Virus record (IMG/VR): IMGVR_UViG_643692022_000004
Strand: one strand, 5' to 3'
Length of the DNA: 12,837 nt
Source: a virus
Taxonomy: Duplodnaviria; Heunggongvirae; Uroviricota; Caudoviricetes
The number at the start of each line of letters is the position of its first letter. The stretch's first letter is position 1. The notes under the pieces are model-generated. The model did no database searches. It was not told where the DNA came from and saw only the letters and a program-made list of their open reading frames with translations. A program made the translations under genes and the position numbers. Positions 7,234 through 12,837 of this stretch are shown here, piece by piece.

Positions 7234-7730
7234 TTTACTGCCCGTCGTGTGGACATGTTGCTCACACCCGCCGCGCACATTTCATGGACGATGGCACCAA
7301 GATAATGATTGCACAGTGCCGGAATATTTATTGCTCTGCGACATTTGAAGCGAGTGAAAGCTTTTTCTCTGACAGTAAAGATTCAGGAATGGAATACATT
7401 TCAGGCAAACAGAGATACCGCGATTCACTGACGTCAGCCTCCGGCAGTATGAAACGCCCGAAAAGAATGCTTGTTACCGGATATTGTTGTCGGAGATGTA
7501 AAGGCCTTGCACTGTCAAGAACATCGCGGCGTCTGTCTCAGGAAGTCACCGAGCGTTTTTATGTGTGCACGGATCCGGGCTGTGGTCTGGTGTTTAAAAC
7601 GCTTCAGACCATCAACCGCTTCATTGTCCGCCCGGTCACGCCGGACGAACTGGCAGAAATCCTGCATGAAAAACAGGAACTGCCGCCAGTACGCTTAAAA
7701 ACACAATCATATTCGCTGCGTCTGGAATGA
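7230..7730 (+). CDS. delta: Delta-like late transcriptional activator (166 aa, tandem Ogr-type zinc-finger domains)
   Basis: Start overlaps the sid stop (ATGA at 7230-7233). Two Cys4 modules: CPSCGH...CRNIYC and CRRCKG...CTDPGC. Length equals the recalled 166 aa of P4 Delta. Confidence 0.9.
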   Translation: MIYCPSCGHVAHTRRAHFMDDGTKIMIAQCRNIYCSATFEASESFFSDSKDSGMEYISGKQRYRDSLTSASGSMKRPKRMLVTGYCCRRCKGLALSRTSRRLSQEVTERFYVCTDPGCGLVFKTLQTINRFIVRPVTPDELAEILHEKQELPPVRLKTQSYSLRLE

Positions 7731-7803
7731 GGGCTGCCGGTTAACACCGGCCGTCGCCGCACACCGTATTTTTATTCTTCACCATGATGAGAAAGAGATA
7801 ACG

Positions 7804-8376
7804 ATGGAAAGCACAGCCTTACAGCAGGCCTTTGACACCTGTCAGAATAACAAAGCAGCATGGCTGCAACGCAAAAATGAGCTGGCTGCGGCCGAACAGG
7901 AATATCTGCGGCTTCTGTCCGGGGAAGGCAGAAACGTCAGTCGCCTGGACGAATTACGCAATATTATCGAAGTCAGAAAATGGCAGGTGAATCAGGCTGC
8001 CGGTCGTTATATTCGTTCGCATGAAGCCGTTCAGCACATCAGCATCCGCGACCGGCTGAATGATTTTATGCAGCAGCACGGCACAGCACTGGCGGCCACA
8101 CTGGCACCGGAGCTGATGGGCTACAGTGAGCTGACGGCCATTGCCCGAAACTGTGCCATACAGCGTGCCACAGATGCCCTGCGTGAAGCCCTTCTGTCCT
8201 GGCTTGCGAAGGGGGAAAAAATTAATTATTCCGCACAGGATAGCGACATTTTAACGACCATCGGATTCAGGCCTGACGCGGCTTCGGTGGATGACAGCCG
8301 TGAAAAATTCACTCCTGCGCAGAACATGATTTTTTCGCGTAAAAGTGCGCAACTGGCATCACATCAGTCTGTGTAA
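7804..8376 (+). CDS. psu: Psu-like polarity suppression / capsid decoration protein (190 aa)
   Basis: 190-aa ORF starting MESTALQQAFDTCQNN, matching my recollection of P4 Psu in sequence start and length; last gene before cos. Confidence 0.9.
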   Translation: MESTALQQAFDTCQNNKAAWLQRKNELAAAEQEYLRLLSGEGRNVSRLDELRNIIEVRKWQVNQAAGRYIRSHEAVQHISIRDRLNDFMQQHGTALAATLAPELMGYSELTAIARNCAIQRATDALREALLSWLAKGEKINYSAQDSDILTTIGFRPDAASVDDSREKFTPAQNMIFSRKSAQLASHQSV

Positions 8377-8411
8377 AACTCCCCGAAAATCCGCCCGTTT
8401 TTACTGAAAAA

Positions 8412-8450
8412 AGCCATGCATCGATAAGGTGCATGGCTTTGCATGCGTTT
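8412..8450 (+). terminator. Candidate terminator of the late operon
   Basis: 8-bp stem AGCCATGC/GCATGGCT (8412-8419 / 8431-8438) followed by a T-containing tail (ttgcatgcgtttt), about 35 nt after the psu stop. Confidence 0.4.
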
Positions 8451-8540
8451 TCCTGCCTCATTTTCTGCAAACCGCGCCATTCCCGGCGCGGTCTGAGCGT
8501 GTCAGTGCAACTGCATTAAAACCGCCCCGCAAAGCGGGCG

Positions 8541-8559
8541 GGCGAGGCGGGGAAAGCAC
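8541..8559. other. cos site (P2/P4-type 19-nt cohesive end)
   Basis: GGCGAGGCGGGGAAAGCAC matches the P2/P4 cohesive-end sequence as I recall it; preceded by a GC-rich hairpin CCGCCCCGC-aaa-GCGGGCGG (8522-8543). Confidence 0.65.
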
Positions 8560-8575
8560 TGCGCGCTTAAGTATA

Positions 8576-11026
8576 TTATTGTTTTGCACTTAAAATATTA
8601 TCAACAACTCGTTTCACACTTTCGAAAGATGACTCTCCTGTTTTAAAAGATTCGTTCATGTCAAAATAACTAGGTTTATTTACAAAACTACTCCAAGCAT
8701 TTGACAGGTAATCTTTGAATGCAATGGAGCGTTTATATCGATCCTCAATATTGAATGACTCACATGAAGCTCGCATATTATTGACTACTTCAGGATTAAA
8801 TATAGGAGTGTCAAATACCATTGCATCAAGATAGGCGAAATCACTTATCCATCGCTTGAGATGATACAAACCAATAGATGTGATTCTAAATTTCGTTGGC
8901 ATTTCTCCTATTAAACCTGTTTCGTCCTCTTCAAATGTAAACCTCTGTGAGGTCTCTATTAATTTTTTGTTTGTCGTTCTTCTTAGCGCATTTTCAGTCT
9001 GCTCAGGAATAAAACCAAGGCTTTGCATTTCATCTATAATGGACTTGGTTAGACAGAATCCATCCCGGTCCTGAAGCTCTTTTTTTTCTGATAATAGCGC
9101 CATTATTAATGGTACTAAAAAGTGTTCTGATATATCTGCAAAAGAAACATCAAAAATATTCATGGCAAGAGATGTGTTTGGATCAAAGTGTGAATATTCA
9201 CCAAGTAAAGCTTGTTTAGAAAATTCATGTACAGGAATTATATATCTACCTTCTTCTTCGTAAGTTCGAATTATTTTATCCGCTTCAACATTTGGGCTGC
9301 CTATAAAACCAGTAATAAAGCTAAGCGCTTGTCTTACATTGCCTCCCGTAATGTTTTCAATAAACTCTCCTAGTGATTTATTTTTTCTTAGAGATTGAAG
9401 CAATACTCTGATAAATGAAGAAAGATTGTCTATATGGATTCTAACAAATTCGGCATGTTCAAGAGGTATCTTTCCTTCAGACATTTCGAGAGCAAACTGA
9501 AGTCGTTTATCAAGAACTTGATCTATCCTTGGTGGTGCAATTGTAAAGACCTTGTGGGGATAAGCAGTTAATGCACCTGATGCTTTTGATTTAAAGAATG
9601 TCTGAGGTCTGACAGATATAAATACTAAAGCATTCCAATCTTTTGCTAACTCCTGAGAAATAACAAATGCTCGCTGTTGCGTTTCGAAATCTCGTTGATC
9701 AGCATTATCTAGACAAATAATTACTTGCTTTTTAGTTTGTTTTGATAAATGAGCGATTGAGTTTTTTAAATGTTCATCTTTAGCATCTAATTTTTCCGCC
9801 AACATCTCAAGTTGTTTTTCCTCATATCGTTCTCTATTTGAATCTCGTAAACTCCCCCAGATTCCTTTTGAAAACCTTTGAATATCTCTTGAATATACGC
9901 CTTTAACAAATTTCATTTCGGTTATATCACAGGAGTATTTATTGTCTAGTTGTTGCTCTATCTCATTTAATATAAATTTTTGAAGATTATTAGCTAATGT
10001 TGCTTTAGAGCCTAAATCTATATATAAATAAATTGCCTCTTTAAATTCTTTGAATGCACTTGAATAAATTAAATTTTTTACAAATGACGTTTTACCAACA
10101 CCAACATCACCAATTAATACAATTGGACGCTTTGATAGAGCCTCGGCCATAATACTTGGATCTAAAGTTTGCTCTTTACGATCAGGTTTAACAGAAGTTA
10201 TATGTGGAGATAATTCATTGTCACTAAATAGAGCAGCATATCTGGCTTGAAGCATTTCTTTACTTAGCAAAGCATATTTTGAAAGGGCACCACTTTCGCA
10301 GTAGCATTTTTGGTAAAAAATCTCTTCAATTTCATTGCTTTCAAGAGCATCTTGAATTATTAATTCTGATATTTGTCTTAATGAGGTCTGTATATCACTA
10401 GCATAGCGTATTTTAGGATACATTGATAAATAGGTTGATAATTTATTTGGAATACCACTTATGTCAGAGGTAAGATACTTAATTAAACGTTGTTCTTTCA
10501 CACCGTAATATGAAAGCATATTCCATGCTAAAGAAAAGTTCCGTAATAAAGAATCCAAACTGTCAAAAACTAAAGCTTTTCCCTCTAAAGGCGAACAGCC
10601 ATTTTGAGTGCTTGCAATAAATGATATAAATTGATGTCCATTAGTGGCTATTGCAATTGGTGTTCCTCGTGATGAACAATATTTTTGTACCTGTATAATT
10701 GCGTCTTTTAAATCGTCATTTGATCTTAAGAGAGTTGGTATGTCGATTATGTTCTTATTTGATAAACCTGCTGGTATTTCAAAAGTCCGGCCTTCTCTTT
10801 TCGCTTCAACAATAACTTGCCGTGGCTTTCCTAATTCATAATCTGTAAAAGTATGATCATGATAGTTTTCAACTTCTATTTGATCATCAGGCCAGCTAAG
10901 AACGTCAATAATTATTTTGTTTATTATATGATGCCTAGTCTGGGCTTCATTTCTTATCTTGGCGCTGTCACTATATTCGTTTACTAATTCTCTTAATAAA
11001 TTTTCGGCTTGTATCATTGTAACCAT
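8576..11026 (-). CDS. Candidate anti-phage defence protein: N-terminal PD-(D/E)xK nuclease (HsdR-N/Mrr-like) fused to a P-loop NTPase with a C-terminal domain of unknown function (816 aa)
   Basis: Uninterrupted 816-codon ORF, ATG at 11026 with GGAGAG RBS 7 nt upstream. Residues ~26-76: NEAQTRHHIINKII...IEVE...DYEL...VIVEAKREG, the E/D/ExK pattern of HsdR-N/Mrr-type nucleases. Walker A GDVGVGKTS (~306-314), extended Walker B VIICLDNADQ (~435-444), and GGNVRQAL (~561-568) resembling an AAA+/STAND sensor motif. No SF2 helicase motifs. Sits in the P4 psu/cos-int slot; strongly AT-rich against a GC-rich backbone. Confidence 0.85.
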   Translation of the reverse strand: MVTMIQAENLLRELVNEYSDSAKIRNEAQTRHHIINKIIIDVLSWPDDQIEVENYHDHTFTDYELGKPRQVIVEAKREGRTFEIPAGLSNKNIIDIPTLLRSNDDLKDAIIQVQKYCSSRGTPIAIATNGHQFISFIASTQNGCSPLEGKALVFDSLDSLLRNFSLAWNMLSYYGVKEQRLIKYLTSDISGIPNKLSTYLSMYPKIRYASDIQTSLRQISELIIQDALESNEIEEIFYQKCYCESGALSKYALLSKEMLQARYAALFSDNELSPHITSVKPDRKEQTLDPSIMAEALSKRPIVLIGDVGVGKTSFVKNLIYSSAFKEFKEAIYLYIDLGSKATLANNLQKFILNEIEQQLDNKYSCDITEMKFVKGVYSRDIQRFSKGIWGSLRDSNRERYEEKQLEMLAEKLDAKDEHLKNSIAHLSKQTKKQVIICLDNADQRDFETQQRAFVISQELAKDWNALVFISVRPQTFFKSKASGALTAYPHKVFTIAPPRIDQVLDKRLQFALEMSEGKIPLEHAEFVRIHIDNLSSFIRVLLQSLRKNKSLGEFIENITGGNVRQALSFITGFIGSPNVEADKIIRTYEEEGRYIIPVHEFSKQALLGEYSHFDPNTSLAMNIFDVSFADISEHFLVPLIMALLSEKKELQDRDGFCLTKSIIDEMQSLGFIPEQTENALRRTTNKKLIETSQRFTFEEDETGLIGEMPTKFRITSIGLYHLKRWISDFAYLDAMVFDTPIFNPEVVNNMRASCESFNIEDRYKRSIAFKDYLSNAWSSFVNKPSYFDMNESFKTGESSFESVKRVVDNILSAKQ

Positions 11027-11049
11027 CGAAAACTCTCCAAATGAAAAAA

Positions 11050-12249
11050 TTAAAAGGATAAAGATTTATGAACAAAAGAACTCCACCAGTTCATTAAATT
11101 CTTCCTTTGTTCTAAGTAAGTAGAACGGTTATAAGCTTTTCTGACTTCATTCTTATCGCTATGAGCTAAGGCTGATTCTATTACATCAGCGTTAAATTCG
11201 GCTTCATTCATTGCAGTGCTGGCAATAGAACGTAAACCATGAGCAACGAGTTTTCCACCATATCCTATCCTTTTTAAAGCGGCATTTGCAGTTTGGCTAT
11301 TCATGGGTTTTTGTGGATCATTTCTACTTGGGAAAACATACTCACGATGAGCACTAATAGTTTTCATAACTTCAAGAATATCTAAAGCCTTAGGTGATAA
11401 AGGTACAATATGTTCGCGCTTAGCTTTCATCCTTTCAGCAGGAATTCTCCAGAGTTTTGCATCAAAATCGATCTCCTTCCATTGAGTGCCTGAAGCCTCT
11501 GAAGGGCGCACAAGGGTGAGTAGTTGCCATTCAATCAGACAACGGGTCTGCACAGAAAGATTTGACATAGATAAAGAATACATAAGTTTCGGTAATTCTT
11601 CAGGTCGTAGTGTTGGCATGTTTTTCTTTTTAGGTTTCTCAAATGCCATACCAATACCTGATGCAGGATTAGCGTCAATTAAGCCAGTATTAACGGCATA
11701 AATCATAATTTCATTAATACGTTGTACCAAACGACGAACAGTTTCAAGTGCTCCACGAGCTTTAATTGGTTCTAAGGTTTCAATTAATGTACGAGCTTTT
11801 ATTTTCTGAACAGGAATTTCACCGATAGTAGGGAAAATATCTCTCTCTAAGGAGCGCCATACATCCTTTGCGTAATCAGGTGTTACGTTGTTTCTTTTTA
11901 TGGCAAACCATTTTGAGGCAACGTTTGAAAAAATACTATCTTCCGCAATCTGTTGCTGTACAGTGACTTGCTCACTGTATATCTGTGGATCAATACCTCG
12001 GGCCAGCAAGGAAAGATACTCAGCACGAGTGTTTCTGGCTTCAGCCAGAGAAAGGGCAGGGAAAGACCCTAAACCAATCATGGTTCGTTGTTTTGTTACT
12101 GGTTTCTGGTATCGGAAACGCCACAGCTTCCTACCGTTCGTTTTTACGAGTAGAAAAAGTCCATTACCATCATGTAGCGTTAGATCCTTTGCAGTTGCTT
12201 TAGCCCGTGATAGTTCAGTGTTAGTAAGAGGGCGTGTTGTACGTGACAC
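11050..12249 (-). CDS. int: Tyrosine integrase (P4-family, 399 aa), ssrA-specific
   Basis: N-terminus typical of P4-family integrases (...RPLTNTELSRAKA...LHDGNGLFLLVKTNGRKLWRFRY...), C-terminal catalytic region with HGLR and a tyrosine in KAYNRSTY. Apparent GTG start at 12249 with a GAGGT RBS. Directly adjacent to the ssrA 3' end. Confidence 0.9.
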   Translation of the reverse strand: MSRTTRPLTNTELSRAKATAKDLTLHDGNGLFLLVKTNGRKLWRFRYQKPVTKQRTMIGLGSFPALSLAEARNTRAEYLSLLARGIDPQIYSEQVTVQQQIAEDSIFSNVASKWFAIKRNNVTPDYAKDVWRSLERDIFPTIGEIPVQKIKARTLIETLEPIKARGALETVRRLVQRINEIMIYAVNTGLIDANPASGIGMAFEKPKKKNMPTLRPEELPKLMYSLSMSNLSVQTRCLIEWQLLTLVRPSEASGTQWKEIDFDAKLWRIPAERMKAKREHIVPLSPKALDILEVMKTISAHREYVFPSRNDPQKPMNSQTANAALKRIGYGGKLVAHGLRSIASTAMNEAEFNADVIESALAHSDKNEVRKAYNRSTYLEQRKNLMNWWSSFVHKSLSF

Positions 12250-12271
12250 GATTATCCTACCTCAGAGAGAA

Positions 12272-12323
12272 TTGGTATACGCTTTTAGGTATACATCTTA
12301 CCGTATACCTAAACGTATACCAA
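12272..12323. promoter_or_regulatory. Cluster of four arm-type integrase-binding-like repeats between int and the att core
   Basis: ttggtatacg (12272-12281), aggtatac (12287-12294), cgtatacct (12302-12310), cgtataccaa (12314-12323): two motifs in inverted then direct orientation, and the same pair recurs at 1120-1141. Overlaps the expected int promoter. Confidence 0.4.
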
Positions 12324-12367
12324 TAATCACTGGATTTAGCGGGATATTCTCGGACAACTGCGGACAC

Positions 12368-12386
12368 AAAAAAGCCCACAGGGCTT
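12368..12386 (-). terminator. Rho-independent terminator downstream of ssrA, supplied by the element
   Basis: On the minus strand AGCCC-tgt-GGGCT is followed by a 6-T run (12368-12373), about 50 nt beyond the tmRNA 3' CCA end. Confidence 0.5.
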
Positions 12387-12435
12387 GTGCCATGCGGGCT
12401 TTCAGGATTTTTCCGGACATATCCGGAAGAGCAAG

Positions 12436-12798
12436 TGGTGGAGCTGGCGGGAGTTGAACCCGCGTCCGAAATTCCTACATCCTCGGTACTACATGCTTAG
12501 TCAGTCTTTACATTCGCTTGCCAGCTGCGGACGGACACGCCACTAACAAACTAGCCTGATTAAGTTTTAACGCTTCAACCCCAGGCAGGGCTTCCACGCG
12601 ATCTCTTTTGGGTTTGACCTCTCTTGATCCCCGTCCTAAGAGCGGAGGCTAGGGAGAGAGGGCTCTAAGCAGGTTATTAAGCTGCTAAAGCGTAGTTTTC
12701 GTCGTTTGCGACTATTTTTTGCGGCTTTTTACGAGGCCAACCGCCCCTCGGCATGCACCTTGGGTTTCGCAAATCCCGTCGAATCCAGAATCAGCCCC
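12436..12798 (-). ncRNA. ssrA: tmRNA (transfer-messenger RNA)
   Basis: Reverse complement begins GGGGCTGATTCTGGATTCGACGGG and ends ...GGTTCAACTCCCGCCAGCTCCACCA; contains the tag reading frame GCAAACGACGAAAACTACGCTTTAGCAGCTTAA (ANDENYALAA). 363 nt, matching E. coli ssrA as recalled. Confidence 0.95.
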
Positions 12799-12837
12799 AA
12801 TGTGTAACAGTAAGTATACCAGATTTATGAGCGCCAT

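Larger units (their letters stand above)
1045..12460. mobile_element. Integrated P4-like satellite prophage (about 11.4 kb) at the 3' end of ssrA
   Basis: Full P4 gene order (alpha, orf106, orf151, epsilon, immunity region, vis, ori, sid, delta, psu, cos, cargo, int) bounded by the ssrA 3' end and a degenerate direct repeat of it; size close to P4 (~11.6 kb recalled). Confidence 0.85.

Noticed and set aside
8880-10841. Short plus-strand ORFs 8880-9074 and 10644-10841 inside the 816-aa gene
   Set aside because: Antisense to an uninterrupted long ORF with clear motifs; hydrophobic low-complexity products typical of AT-rich antisense frames.
8576-11026. Possibility that the 816-aa protein is a type I/III restriction R-subunit fragment
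   Set aside because: Although the N-terminus resembles the HsdR-N nuclease domain, there are no SF2 helicase motifs (no DEAD/DEAH box) and no adjacent methyltransferase or specificity genes; the NTPase looks AAA+/STAND-like instead.
11888-12457. 189-aa plus-strand ORF (and 11486-11701, 11985-12203) overlapping int
   Set aside because: Antisense to the integrase and running through the arm sites into the ssrA 3' end; no RBS or motif.

Overview
The window is an E. coli-type ssrA locus carrying an integrated P4-like satellite prophage of about 11.4 kb (roughly 1045-12460). The tmRNA gene ssrA lies on the minus strand at 12436-12798 (363 nt, ending in CCA). Leftward from it the element reads: an AT-rich tyrosine integrase (11050-12249), an AT-rich 816-aa cargo gene (8576-11026), the P2/P4-type cos site (8541-8559), the late operon sid-delta-psu (6499-8376, plus strand) behind a TGT-N12-ACA activator site, ori iterons (6225-6328), vis, an immunity region with a structured RNA, then epsilon, orf151, orf106 and the alpha primase-helicase (1551-3884), crr iterons (1201-1500) and a degenerate copy of the ssrA 3' end (1045-1066) as the distal att site. 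Left of the element is a DinI-family gene with tandem LexA boxes and REP-like palindromes. The most interesting feature is the 816-aa protein in the psu/cos-int slot, which in P4 holds gop-beta-cII and is a known hotspot for anti-phage systems. It fuses an N-terminal PD-(D/E)xK nuclease motif of the HsdR-N/Mrr type to a P-loop NTPase with an extended hhhhDxxD Walker B and a long C-terminal region I cannot assign. I read it as a candidate single-gene defence system of uncharacterised family. All calls rest on reading the sequence and recalled family knowledge; no database search or computation was run.
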